A stretch of DNA of 63,958 nucleotides, counting the filler, from Octopus bimaculoides (taxonomy: Eukaryota): NCBI RefSeq assembly GCF_001194135.2. It is 5 parts of 5 records of this genome, joined end to end, with 100 filler letters (N's around TTAATTAATTAA, not from the genome) between each part and the next. Parts side by side here need not be neighbours in the genome. Positions count along the whole stretch, not along the records: positions 22,888 to 36,409 come from NC_068983.1; positions 36,510 to 52,667 come from NW_026374175.1; 3 more parts are not named here. One strand, written 5' to 3'. The notes beneath the pieces are model-generated. The model worked only from the letters and a program-made list of their open reading frames with translations. It was not told the DNA's origin and made no database searches. The stretch's first letter is position 1; each line of letters starts with the position of its first letter. Below, piece by piece: positions 25,798-39,578 of the stretch. A program made the position numbers and the translations under genes.

Positions 25798-27161
25798 AGC
25801 AGAGTGTTTGTTTGTCACATTTTACTTGCAAATTATTGGTCATATGTTGAAATATGCTTTCCGATGCCCCCCCCCCCCGCACTAGAACCGAATGCAAGAA
25901 CTGCATCTCTGCGAAGTGAGCATTTATGATAGCGAGGCCAAGCCTATTTACATTCCTTATATCCAGTTTGTTATTCTATAATACAAAACCATCAAATTAT
26001 ATATATTTCCAGTTGCTAATATTACATATATTTGATCAAACAAATTCCACAAATTATTTCTATATATTTCGTATGTGTATTTCGTGTGCAAGATTCTTGA
26101 TGTGGATACGTGTGTTGAAGCTATATAACAAAAAACTATATAAATTAATAAAGGACTGAACCAGTGCGTGTGTTTATTACCGGCATAATGCCTCTCCCAA
26201 GGTTTAATTGTATTTCTATATACTTTCCTTTCTTAATTAATGCCTATATTAATCTCGAATTCATCAGCGTACAATAATTATTACATTCCACATTAAGAGC
26301 CTATTATTGTATTTAATCCCACGTAAGTATGAGCATGTAATAAAAAAGTAAACTCTTTGACCTAAGGCATAACACTCATGTGTTGTGTATTATACATCAC
26401 ACACATCGCACGGAAATGTACACACAACCGCGCACACACGCGCACACACGCGCACACACGCGCACACACGCGCACACACGCATGTATATATATATATACA
26501 TATATATATACACAAACACATATATATGTGTGTGAGTGTGTGTGTGTGTGTGTGTGTGCATGTGTGTGTGTATTTATATATTAATAGGTATTACTCTAGC
26601 GAGCTTCATATTCATATTTCTACCAAATAAATGATCGCACGTCGGAAGAAATAAATATTATTTTCTGATGAGTACACTTTCCTCTAAATATATATTGAGA
26701 TATGGCCAGAAATGGCCCAAACCATCATTACCTTAATATCACCAGCAGGGGAATGCATTTACTCATGATTTATGTTCCAATCATGATTTGAGCACCATAT
26801 CCTATTCGAGTAAAGAGTTATTGTTTGTAGAGTTTTATCCACGTAGGTTATCCGGAAGCGTTTGAATGTTACACAGACGGGCGTTTTCTTATCTTAGTTA
26901 TCTTGATATGATATAAATGAGAGCATGGCCAATGAAGGTGAAATAATTCTAGATAAATGTTATGATGGGATACGGGCATGTTTTTCATACAAAATGGATG
27001 TTAAGCTAACATTGTATGAGCGATGGAATATTTTCTACGCCATAGATCATACCAAACACATGTATACATGGGTGTTATGTACTTGTGTGTGTATGTGATG
27101 CGTGTAGACACACACACACAAACACATACACACACATATATACACACACTGATATATGTAC

Positions 27162-27218
<57 letters not shown>

Positions 27219-27910
27219 TATANNNNNNNNNNNNNNNNNNNNNNNNNNNNNNNNNNNNNNNNNNNNNNNNNNNNNNNNNNNNNNNNNNNNNNNNNNNNNN
27301 NNNNNNNNNNNNNNNNNNNNNNNNNNNNNNNNNNNNNNNNNNNNNNNNNNNNNNNNNNNNNNNNNNNNNNNNNNNNNNNNNNNNNNNNNNNNNNNNNNNN
27401 NNNNNNNNNNNNNNNNNNNNNNNNNNNNNNNNNNNNNNNNNNNNNNNNNNNNNNNNNNNNATGAAAATTAATAGTAAGGCAGAATGCTAAACTGGAAGCA
27501 TATTTTAATAAAGATTTCTAACCGGCTTTCATTGCATGGCAAATTTTCAAGAAGAGGGAGAATGAAAATGTTTTTTACAAAGAAGTAAAAAATGCAAAAA
27601 ATAATATATAAAAAAATAACATATAAAAAAATAAATATACCAATACATTATATTGTCTTTGAGCTTTTAAAGTTCAATGGTACTTCATGTAGATAATGGG
27701 TGGAAAAATAAGGATGCATGAAAATTGAGAGTTGTGTTAGGTTTAAAAGAAAGAGAAAAGGGGCTGAAAGTTTGTGTTAAGCAGGGTGTGTGGTGTCAAA
27801 ATACGATGTGTGTGTAAGGGGAGACAAATCTTTTTAGTTGGAGTTATGAACTCTTTTTTAACAGGAAGTTTATGTCTGTTCCTTGAGAAATAAGGTCACT
27901 GAGGGGTATG

Positions 27911-28190
27911 TGTGTTAAGAAATAGTTGTAATTTCTCTATGAAAAGATTCTCCTTGTTGATTCTTTCTTGTGTGGAGATTCTGTCTTTACATTGATAGAA
28001 AGGGAATATAAGGAATTTTGGGTTTTTGTTTCTGGCGCAAGAGTCTGTGGCCACTGAGTGGAATTTGGCGGTATTGAGGGAGATTTATTTGTTCTTTATG
28101 GACTGCTACTCTTCTACGCAACGGGAGGCTCGTCTGTCCGATATAGAAGTTCTGGCAACCTGCGCATGTGAGGATTAATTTGCACGAATT
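27911..28190 (-). mobile_element. Penelope-like element GIY-YIG endonuclease relic
   Basis: Minus strand reads LILTCAGCQNFYIGQTSLPLRRRVAVHKEQI..QYRQIPLSGH, then after a frameshift CARNKNPKFLIFPFY..QERINKENLFIEKL. It shows the YIG, catalytic Arg and Glu positions of PLE endonucleases. Confidence 0.85.
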
Positions 28191-28450
28191 TCTACACGGA
28201 TATTTACCACTGGAATGAAACTACACTTCAAGTACTGTTCTCTCTTTTTTCAGCACATCACACTCTTTATCACTTCATACTAAAAATATCCGCCTATGGA
28301 TATAATAATAGATTACTTTATTTTTTCTGTCNNNNNNNNNNNNNNNNNNNNNNNNNNNNNNNNNNNNNNNNNNNNNNNNNNNNNNNNNNNNNNNNNNNNN
28401 NNNNNNNNNNNNNNNNNNNNNNNNNNNNNNNNNNNNNNNNNNNNNNNNNA

Positions 28451-28483
<33 letters not shown>

Positions 28484-29189
28484 TTAAGGAATAGGTAAGA
28501 GTATTTGCCGGTAGTCTACATTTTGGTTAGGTGGAGAATAATTTCTCAAAGAACCGGGTATTAAAATACCTGAAAGTCATGGACATACCGGATACCCCAT
28601 GTAAAGTAAATGAAATCGATGTTTCGCCATGTTTGTGGTTTATCAACATGAACAGGACTTCAGATGAATCATATCGCCAATCAAAGACTTATATGCATAT
28701 ATCATGCAAACTATGCGCTGGTGTGCCCAGACAATGCGTACGTAAGAATAAATCAAAATATGAAATGCAAGCAGCGCTAGTGTAATAAACATTTTCAACA
28801 ACGTACACTTAACGTAAAGCAGCATGGTAGGAAATACAGTCTTAAAGTGCCGAGTGTTAAAACACCAGAAAGTCATGGACAGTTGAAATAACCCACCTCC
28901 AATCCCATCTAGAGTATTTGTTTATGTAATCAAAATAAAGAAAAAAGAAACGCATGGAATTGATTATTTACTCATAGAATGTAACGGATTCTGAAAGGCC
29001 CAAACGAAAACCTACAAATGTCGATATGAAATTGATTCACTATTATGCAGACATTACAACAAATGAACAGGAGAGATAAAAAAGGAGAATAGTGCGCAGA
29101 GTGAAATTAGTGTTTGTCTGATATATAACCCACCCACTTGCTAAGTAGTCTTACTTCCAGTTGCTATACCCGATAGGCTAATGAAGCTT

Positions 29190-29420
29190 AGAATAACCCT
29201 AATTTGAAATGAAAGTTCAACTCTATAATGTCTATAATCCTACGATCACAAGTGAACTGAATGATAACGAGTGTGTGTGTCTATTATTTACTACATAAAC
29301 ACCAAGATACTATACCAATAATCAATGAGATGCTTATCGTCAGCGATTTTAATGCATGAACCTGAAGTGATTGCCAAACTTGGAACCGAGCTTATGCGAG
29401 AAGCATAAAGAATATAAATT
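29190..29420 (+). mobile_element. Possible highly decayed LINE apurinic-endonuclease fragment
   Basis: Short peptides YNVYNPT and MLIVSDFNA resemble the APE motifs xxYxPT and LIxGDFNA. Many stops. Confidence 0.25.
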
Positions 29421-32400
29421 CTATTTTATCCTATTTCGTAAGATTGTAAAAGAATGCAGTTTTATATTGAACACAATTTTCCAGAGATTTGAACTGAAGA
29501 TTCTACTAAATCTGTTATAGGATTGCCTGGCTTTAAGTTCAAATCCAGTCAGGTTAAAACTGTGGAAATTAAGGCGGAACTACATTTTCGTTGACCCCTG
29601 TGTGACTGAATATATTACAGTATTTAGTAAAGTTACTCCCAATTTCTGATTTAAATAGTGCTGAGGTTGGGAATCATTAAAATAAATGCCTGTAATATAC
29701 TGCAGTAAATTTGATTTGGTACTATTTACACAATCTTTAACTTTATTCTATGCTAAGAATTCCATAAATTGGGCGTAGAAACTTTCTTAAAGGAATGTCA
29801 AGTAACAAAAAAGTATTTACATTGTTTCGGTGTTATGTTCACAACTTCTTTGTAAAGGATCCAGTGTGTTAAATTATGAAAGCTACACGATTTTCGAACA
29901 CGATTTGCTTTCATTAAGTCACCATATTTTCCAAGGGAAAAAAATGTTTTCTTTTCATCTTATAATGTTTAACTACAAGTAAACTATTATTAGATAATAT
30001 GGCCAGGGCTAGGATGTAAACGAAGCCATGTATTTAGTCTATAACTAGGAAGGGTGTTGATGATGATGATGGTAATGATATCTTGAAACAATTTACTACA
30101 AGTCAGTTTGATTAGAGTAAATATTTTGTATACAAATAGCGGCAATACGAACAGAATGATTAAAACAATTGTACAGGAGTAGAAATTGTTGACCTTAAAT
30201 GAAGTGCAGCTTAGTGAGACTTTCTAAGCCAGAAGGATTGATGCCATTGATGGTTATGTATTGAGTGTGTGTATAATATATATATGCCAATTTATTAAGA
30301 TAACAATGTGATCATTAGGTTCAGGATAATATATAATACGTGAGGAGGCATTCAGTAAATAATAGGCGTACAACTTCCTCTGAAATGCGAATAATAAACC
30401 TAGGCATACAATTGTGATAATGAAGAAAATGTTATAATTTGTATGGTATACATAGCAACTTGACACTGTTCAGAGCCTATCTTCTTTTCTTTGCTGTCAA
30501 ATGTAATTGCATTACTTGTTCTCCAAACTCGAATAATAGATGCAATATCATATCGGCATGACTGCCGCCACTATAAACACTGAATACATTTAAATTACAA
30601 ATACTTCTGTAAACATTGAGGTCTACTTTCACGTCGTATAAATCGTTTTTTTAATTCAGCTCCTTCATACTCGTATTGTTTGAAATCGTTAAGAACTGCC
30701 CCCCACTCCTTCCGTTATATTGAATTTTGATTGAGGTTATTAAAATAAACATTCATTTAGCTCTCAGATCGTTGCTAATTGTTTCCCTCAAGCGTTCCTC
30801 TGATACATTCTCACTATTCTATAAAATCTTATTCCATAGTTAAATCGAATATGGTTTCTTCCGCTTAACTATTTACTTATAGAATAGAATCTTATTAAAT
30901 GATAATATCGTAAAAGGCTTGTCTTTGGCAAGTGGCAACGTTTGTATTGTAATTTCGTTATCTCTCTTGTAAAGTGTTAGCTGCTATTTCCAAAATTCTC
31001 ACTGATAAATTGTTGGTGTCAAAATGTGGTTCTATCAAAGGGGTAAAACTTTTATATTAATTGTTCACAAATCTGATCATTTACTTCAATATTCTATTCA
31101 TTATATTCTTCTATAAATATTTTCGTTTGCAAAGAAAACATGAAATCCTAAAGTGGATTCTATTTATACTTAACACCTCTTTTTTCAAGTGGTTTTGACA
31201 CATCGAAACCTCAGATATATACAGAACACTTCTCTCGCGACCTGTTCTTCGAGAAGGTTGTATGTACTGCTTGATGAAGCACGCCGTATCAAATATTCTA
31301 CATAAAAAGTGTACGTACTCAGTGAAACTGAGTGCTGCCGTCACAACCTGTAACAAAGCTCTAACGACCGTAAACGCACCTTCGTCTATTCAAGTGATAT
31401 TCTTACATTCTGCCAGTGTTATCAGATTTAACAAGGAGATTGACTGATCTGAGTTATTATTTATGGTCAGAGATGATGGAATAGAAGAGGCTAAGTAAAT
31501 AATCGCTTTCTATAAAAATTAAGTCCATTTTGCTTACTCATTCAGTTCATGTTCTGATCAACTTCAAGCTCGATCCTTCTAAGAACGATAAATTATTTAC
31601 TAATAACAACTGTAAATGCTTAAATCAACTATATTCTTTCGACCCAAGTGTCTAGTAAAAAATAAAAACGATTAAAATCACGAGTATATTTTGACAGATA
31701 GAGTTGTGCCTCAAGTGCTTAGCTGCATTTGCTAACACTCTAATTTTGAACACGACCTTTTGACATTGACTTTGGTTTTTGGCCTACTAGCATCCATACC
31801 ATAACTATAAATCTTCTTTTGAGATCAAATAAATTAACTAAAGCTTCACCAAAATTGTTACCTTGTACCAAAGTAAAAATCATTATTTTACTTTATCCAG
31901 GCGTGAAGCAAATGTTCGATAATTTACAGATTTATATTTGGGGCTTTACTTTCTGAGTTTAAATCTTGTGATACACAGTAAATATAATTTTATCGAATCG
32001 ATATAATATATACCACAAAACTTTTGTGTCCATCGATTCTTAATTTATACAAAAGTGCATTGTACACAGACAAAAGGAAATTATCATTCGTTGACTTTAT
32101 TGTTAAAAGTGATTAAAAACTGGAATTTCCAGTTGATGTATAAATGAAACAAGATGAGATATTGACCAAATTTGCACTAAAGAAGTTTTACTTTATTAAT
32201 ACCAATATTAGATTTGAGAGAAACATCGAAACTGTGAACGCGATACAGTAGGAATTGTCTCGTAAGCTAGATTTTGTTTCCAGTTCACCGACTTGCAAAT
32301 TTTCTTGTAAACGCACGGGTGTCAGATATTCAACTGTATATATATTTGGTACATTGGCAAAATAAGTTTGTAATCTTGTTCTTATGAAAGAAAATATATA

Positions 32401-35400
32401 TTACATTATACTGACGTTCTCACGATAAATTGAAAGGGATGACATTCATTTGCAAGTAATCAATTGCATTTAATTCAAAATAAGTACATGACTGGTATTT
32501 GTTTTATACAATGCAGAAGTATGAAGAGTCTTCACCCGTATTTGAATTTAGATAGTCAAATTATGACATAAAATATTAGAAAGTAGTTATTCTGATCTAT
32601 TTCTACCGCTCTTAAAGCTATATATTTTCTATGATAATGGAATCTTTATTGCTTGGTCATTTAGTTAATTAACCCGAAGGTCATATGTTCTTGCGGTACT
32701 GTCTCAGAAAACATAAATTATACCTCGACGACATATCGCATTTAATATGTTAATACTTCTCTATTTACACGCAATAATCACATCACACTTACGAAAGAAA
32801 TATCTCATTTGTATAATAATATTACTTACGAAAGATTTGTGCTTACAAATTTAATTTATATTGTCGCAGTAGTGTCTTACTTTGTCACAGACTTCGTATT
32901 TGTAGAGGCAGAGTATCTGGTTTCCAACTAAGGAAGATAAGGTTAAAATTTAAATACTGTACAGCAAATATTCTGGCACTCTACTTTACTGGGACTACAC
33001 CATCGTTCCAGAGTTGGTAATATCCATCCAGGAGGAGGGAATTGCGTGCATACTAAATGTTCGGATTAATTAACTGCGACTACTAGCTACATACTTGTTC
33101 ATCTTTTGTTCGTTACTTTGGGGAATTCACTTGAAATGCAACAATCTCTGATCTCTGATCATCATAAACATGTTTGCAGTTATGCCTAACTTCTCGTTTA
33201 CTAATCACCGCTTCCGTGTCAAGAAAGAGCAGAGGAAATACTTTCAGAATCTGATTTACCGTTGGAAGCCCCTGTTATTTAACGGTTGGTTAAAAACTTT
33301 TAGTGGAACATCGAAACAGGTTTTATATACTGATAGTTTAAGGTCAGAGTATTAATATCCTGCGTGTTACTGTTTGAAATACTTTAGCAATGTTTATTAA
33401 ATCCTGCTTCATCTCCCGGAACGAGATGCTATATTTAGTCCTTAAACGGCAGACATCATCAACTGGTGTTTCATTAGATAAACACCGGACGTCCTCAATT
33501 GATGTTTCCGAAGATTTTCAAGGCTACAGCCCTCATCAAATGACGCCCGAGGATCAAATGTGCCTAAGCATAAGCGGCCTTTATCGATGTAAGAAACTGA
33601 GTCGCCAATAGATTTATACAGCGATGGAAATATTTTTTCTGACTTTGCTTCTCTGCTGAGGCAGATGATGATGATGATGAGGAGGAGGAGGAGGATGATG
33701 ATGATGATATGCTTTATATAACACCGGGGAAAGTGATGCCTTAACTGTTTCTCGATGGAAAAAAGTGCACTGATTTTTCTTCATTTGCATTTTTGTTTGA
33801 CAACAATGCGGAATCTGAAATGAGTTTATGCTTAAACAAAGGAAGTCGAACACCTGGTGGCACGTTTCAATAATGAAATAAGGATTTTCAAAGGTTCTGT
33901 ACTTATTTGAAGGAAAAATAATTATACAAAATATACCCTTAAAAGAAAACAATTGCCTGTCGGTACACATTCATGTAACCATTTCTCGTCGTTTAAAGCG
34001 GGAGGGAACTGAAAATTGGTGAATGGTAATGTCTTCTCAAGTGACATTTGTATCTTGAAGTAAAGTCATAAAATTGAATTTGTCACGTTTTCCAAAATGT
34101 AACTTTGTTTTTGATTTTGTTTTCAATAATGTATTACCCACTTTTATCCCATGTTAATGGCTAAGAATACGTTATTGTTGCTAATTGACACCAGATTAAA
34201 TTATTCCCTACCGTGTCAATCTTTTTTCAGACTTAGTGTTTCAAGGATTACATAAAGAGCCACGTAGTCCAACATGTCATTTACTTTTTTTTAATCAATA
34301 ACGTATGATCAAGTTAGATTGGCAAGTATGTATTGCAGGTCAAACTATAAGATAGAGACTCCTTCGTGGGCTCAATATTTCAGAGAACAATGAAGTTTCA
34401 ATGAAAAAATTAAATTACAATAAGAACGAATAAGGTAAAAATGATTGCAAAAGAAGATAAATAATTATTTATAACATATTAGAAGGCTATACATATTTAT
34501 GGCATATCATAAAAACCAAGCGATTCTATATTGCTACTTCATTTTATTTATTGTTTTGACCGTTTGAGGCTGAAAATTAAGCGTAACAATCCACTTGTTT
34601 GAATTCAAAATACAAAAGGACCGATCTAAATACTTCGAATAATGGTTGCTGCACTTATCTACCATTAATAATGAATGATCTAATGTCGCCAGAAGGCTAC
34701 AAACATTGTTTCCGTATTATAGCTAATTGTCCATTTCAGAAACTAATTTTATCGTCTCTGGAATGATGTAATGTAAAGTAGTCTGTCGAGAGATTAGAAG
34801 ACACATGTCTATAATCGAAATGTCTATAATCAAATCATTTTGTTCAACGCCCAGTTGTATTCATTGCTTTAAATTATTTAAGCAATTAGGATTTGCAACT
34901 TATTCACAGCTCATGAATTTTATATTGGCCTCAATGCTCCAGTGGCGTTTAGTTTATGCTTGATTGGTACTTACTTTATTGACACTGAAAGGACACGATG
35001 CAAAGAAGACGCCAGAGGGTTTCGAACTTAAAACTTAAGGTTATGTGGTAAATTAATCTTTAGCAGTTGAACTCGAACTAGATAAAGCTTTAAATAATAA
35101 AGTGTAGAATAGTTGGTTAAACCCACCTCAAATAAAAAAGAAGTTCAAGGTTACCTATGGGACCTGAACACACATCTGGTGCAACAATAACAGACATTCT
35201 AACCATCATACGAAATCAACCCTTCGAATTTTCTCCATCCATTTGGAAGCTTTGTAAGGTGTTTACATAATAAAATTTTAAAATTTCAGAAGATATAAAG
35301 TAAATTATTTTCAACGGTAGAACTCGAAATATATAAGCTATATAGAATATTGTATTAAAATGTTTTGGATGGTAAAAAAAAAGTCGAAGATTCTCCTGAC

Positions 35401-36453
35401 TGGTATTTATAGTTTTATCTACTTTGCGTTCCACACTTAAGGGCCGCAACATTTACTTGAGGTGGGGCTGCTTCTTCTCTGACGACCCTCTGTTGTTCAG
35501 CTCTCTCTAGAGTTTCTTACTACCACTACTTTATTTTATATCTCTCGAATTTCTAGATCTTAAAGATATAAATATGATGTTATTTAAGATAAATGTTCCA
35601 AAGCATTTTATCCGCGAATGTTGCTATGAGTCACCGACAAGACTTAAGCAGTTCAAATTACCTTACATACGCCTCGGGATAGAAATTTGAAGCAGGGTAA
35701 ATCGGTTATATCAAAGACAGTACTTAGCTAAAATTGACATTCGTGGGATTCGATTTCAGACCTTAGACATACAACTAAATAACGCAAGATATTTTATTCG
35801 TTACTCTACAATATTTAGCACCAACAGCTCTTCAGAAGTTAAATAATGATAACAAGTGCAAAATAACAATAATAACAGCAATAAGAAATCAAGATAACAC
35901 GTAATAAAGAGGAAGAGATTAGATGTTAAACGAAAGTAAGTGACAAAGGAACGAAAACCGTTATCTATCTTCTGAATATGACACATCGCAATTAAAGGGA
36001 TATTTAAAAGATATATTGAAGAGTAGCCGTTGTATATTCAACGATTGAGGAATATTCTGTCTGAATCTATATACGTTGGAGACATGATATTTCCTTGACA
36101 GATAAATATCCAACTGTTTAACTGTCAACCATTAAAAAGATTTTAGCAAGCGATTAGGTGGTTGAAGAAACAACTAAATATTCGAAAGTATTTCATTTCC
36201 TGTATTTATCTATGTATCTTTTGTCTGCCTTTATATATGTTTAGCTCTTTCACTCTCTTTTGTTCCTTCTCTGTCTCTCTACATACATACATACATACAT
36301 ACATACATACAGATATATATACATACAATCATATATACATACAGATCTATTTACATACATTCATACATACACACATACATATATATATATATATATAAAT
36401 ATATATATANNNNNNNNNNNNNNNNNNNNNNNNNNNNNNNNNNNNNNNNNNNN

Positions 36454-36465
36454 TTAATTAATTAA
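36454..36465. other. Assembly linker (artefact)
   Basis: TTAATTAATTAA between N runs. Confidence 0.95.
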
Positions 36466-37356
36466 NNNNNNNNNNNNNNNNNNNNNNNNNNNNNNNNNNN
36501 NNNNNNNNNTCTCACCTCTATTTTGAGGATTGTGAAATGTGACAATCATTGCCAACACTCTGGACATTGACATAAAGCATTCACACTTAATACACACACA
36601 CACACAATATATATATATATATACATGTGTGTGTATGTGTGTTTGTGTGTGTGTGTGTATGAGAATACTTAGAAATGCATATATATATAATTATTATTAC
36701 TTTTATTAAATATATTTTTCTAAAGAATGTACGTAATATGATAACAAAAAATGATTTAATATGAAAAAATATTTAATATACTTTGATACAGAATAATTAT
36801 TGACGGTACAACTAAATGGATAAAAATATATTAAAAATTTGAAATAATAATAATACAGAGAAAATGTCTGACTACTTTAAGTGATACTACTTCCGGTACA
36901 GAAGGCGCCATTTTTGTTTTCGAAGTTATGGCACAAGCCTAATAAATTTGTTCAGAACAGGAATCAATTACATCGAATCGATTACTCAACTTATACTTAT
37001 TTTAACGACCCGGACAGGATAAAAGGCAAAGTCGACCTCGGTTGAAAACGAATGAAGAACTTAGAGACGGATGAAACGTGGCTAAGTATTTTATCCGGCC
37101 TTCTCAGGATTCTACCAGGTCGATGCGTTGGTAATAAAAATAATCTTTTCTACTCTACTTTGACGGAAGAGACTAATTAATTACATTAAGGTCAATATTC
37201 AGATTTGTGCTTATTTTATCGGCCCCGCAAGGATGAAAGACAAAGTCAGCGTTAGCGGCGTTCGAACTTCTTACGTAAAGAGCCGCAATAAAAGCTGCTA
37301 AACTCTATGTTTAGCCCCTTGGGGGCAATAAAGAAATAAGTAACATATTTTTTTAA

Positions 37357-37803
37357 GCTGGCGGCGAGATGGTAGAAACGTTAGCACGCCGGGCGAAATG
37401 CTTAGCGGTATTTCGTCTGTCTTTACGTTCTGAGTTCAAATTCCACCGATGTCGACTTTCATCCTTTCGGGGTCGATAAATTAAGTACCAGTTACGCACT
37501 AGGGTCGATGTAATCGACTTAATCCCTTTTCTCTATTTGTCCCCTCTATGTTTAGCCCCTTGTAAGCAATAAGGAAATAAGAATGGTTAGCACGCCGGGC
37601 GGAATGCTTAGCGGTATTTCGTCTGTCTTTATGTTCTGAGTTCAAATTCCGCCAAGGTCGACTTTGCCATTCATCCTTTCGCTTCGGGATCGATAAATTA
37701 AGTACCAGTTACGCACTGGGGTCGATGTAATCGATTAATCCCTTTGTCTGTCCTTGTTTGTCCCCTCTATGTTCAGCCCCTTGTGGGCAATAGAGAAATA
37801 AGA
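37357..37803 (+). mobile_element. Two tandem family A SINEs
   Basis: A full copy is followed by a 5'-clipped copy; both end in CCCCTTGT..GCAATA.AGAAATAAG. Confidence 0.88.
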
Positions 37804-38429
37804 AACATTTTTTTTTAAAGTTGTCTACGTCGGAAAATTCTTTTGAAATTCGTGTTTTGGTCGATGTTGTTTATATTGTTTAACTTCGTCGTTTGGTTTT
37901 TTTTTTTTTGGTGATTTCTCTTTCGCTGGTGTCAATAGTAGTCGTAGTGGTGTTGCCGTTATTTCTACTACCTTCTGTCTGTCTGTCTGTCTCTTTTTTC
38001 GTCTTCGCAGTCCTGCTGTTGATTTCACATGCTTCGCGAGCTCTCACATTGCTTAGACTGTTGTTCTTGTTGTCGTCGCTAGGAATGAGTGATACGAGGA
38101 GGGGGGGAATCCTCTTCTGTGGAAGGGCTGGTGGGAGGAACGGCTTCCATGGTGATGGCTGATGCCGATAGTAATGGTGATGATGACGACGTCATCTTGT
38201 TTGCTAGTGTTTTTTTTTCTTTTAGTGCTATAGATAATTAAATGATTAAATACTGCTCCCTGTTGGGCGGAAACAACCACTGAATACCTGCCAAAAAGTT
38301 CCTGGCGTTCTTATTGTCAGTTTATAGCAAAAATTAATAACATATATTTGTAAAGAGAGGGGGAAAAATTACAGTTTAAAGTATAACTTACGAAGCGTGT
38401 TCAAAAGAACGCCTCACGTATTCCGCAGC

Positions 38430-38503
<74 letters not shown>

Positions 38504-38505
<2 letters not shown>

Positions 38506-38737
38506 CTGGCAGAATCAGAATCGTTAGCACGCCGGGCGAAATGCTTCGCGCTATTTCATCTGTCGGTATTTCGTTCTGAGTTCAAATTCCGCCGAGGTCG
38601 ACTTTGCCTTTCATCCTTTCGGGGTCGATAAATTAAGTACCAGTTATGCACTGGTGTCAATGTAATCGACTTAATCCCTTGTTTGTCCTTGTTTGTCCCC
38701 TCTATGTTTAGCCCCCTGTGGGCAATAAAGAAATAAA
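38504..38737 (+). mobile_element. Family A SINE between (AAT)n and (ATT)n runs
   Basis: Head, B box, central domain and tail intact. Confidence 0.88.
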
Positions 38738-38741
38738 TTAC

Positions 38742-38773
<32 letters not shown>

Positions 38774-39274
38774 GCCACTCGGGCAGACATATGAGGAACG
38801 ATAGAGTAGACATGGATAGTCGCGATTTTACTCAGAAACAACGAGTATACAATTAAAACAATAACAATGATATCCAACAAAAGAACATAAAAATGAAAGT
38901 TCCCCAATAGGGGTGGGGAGGTAACCACCTGGAGTTGGCTCAGATATCCCACCAATCCTGAACCACTCGACGCTTCGAGGGCATCTGGGAAGGGCACCAT
39001 TCTCCCTCTCAAATTCTCTAGGCTACAGGCGCATTATTAGAGTAGGTTCCATTTTTGCTAGATTTTCGCCACCTTTTAGCAAATATACTTTGAGGAAGCA
39101 CTTCTCTCTCCGCCCTCATCTTCCATTCCAATAATAATTATTCCTTTCTAGTGTAGGCACAAAGCCTGAAATTTGTGAGGAAGAGGATAGTCGATGCTGA
39201 ATCAAAAGTTTATTTCAACGACCACGAAAGGATTAAAAGCAAAGACGAACTCAGCACCTTTTGAACGCAGAACG

Positions 39275-39578
39275 TTGTTGGCACTCTGTCGCTTACGACG
39301 TCGAGGGTTCCAGTCGATCCGATCAACGGAACAGCCTGCTCGTGAAATTAACGTGCAAGTGGCTGAGCACTCCACAGACAAGTGTACCCTTAACGCAGTT
39401 CTCGGGGATATTCAGCGTGACACAGTGTGACAAGGCTGACCCTTTGAATTACAGGCACAACAGAAACAGGAAGAAAGAGTGAGAGAAAGTTGTGGTGAAA
39501 GAGTACAGCAGGGTTCGCCACCATCCCCTGCCGGAGCCTCGTGGAGCTTTAGGTGTTTTCGCTCAATAAACACTCACA
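39275..39578 (-). mobile_element. Family C SINE (head lost in gap)
   Basis: Colinear reverse complement of about 810-1123. Confidence 0.85.

Noticed and set aside
28643-28876. ORF segment LIYSYVRIVWAHQRI resembling GPCR TM5
   Set aside because: Only one helix-like stretch; no neighbouring GPCR motifs in any frame.
38671-39012. 113-aa ORF with a hydrophobic stretch
   Set aside because: It runs into (AAT)n and a SINE; the hydrophobicity reflects antisense A-rich sequence.
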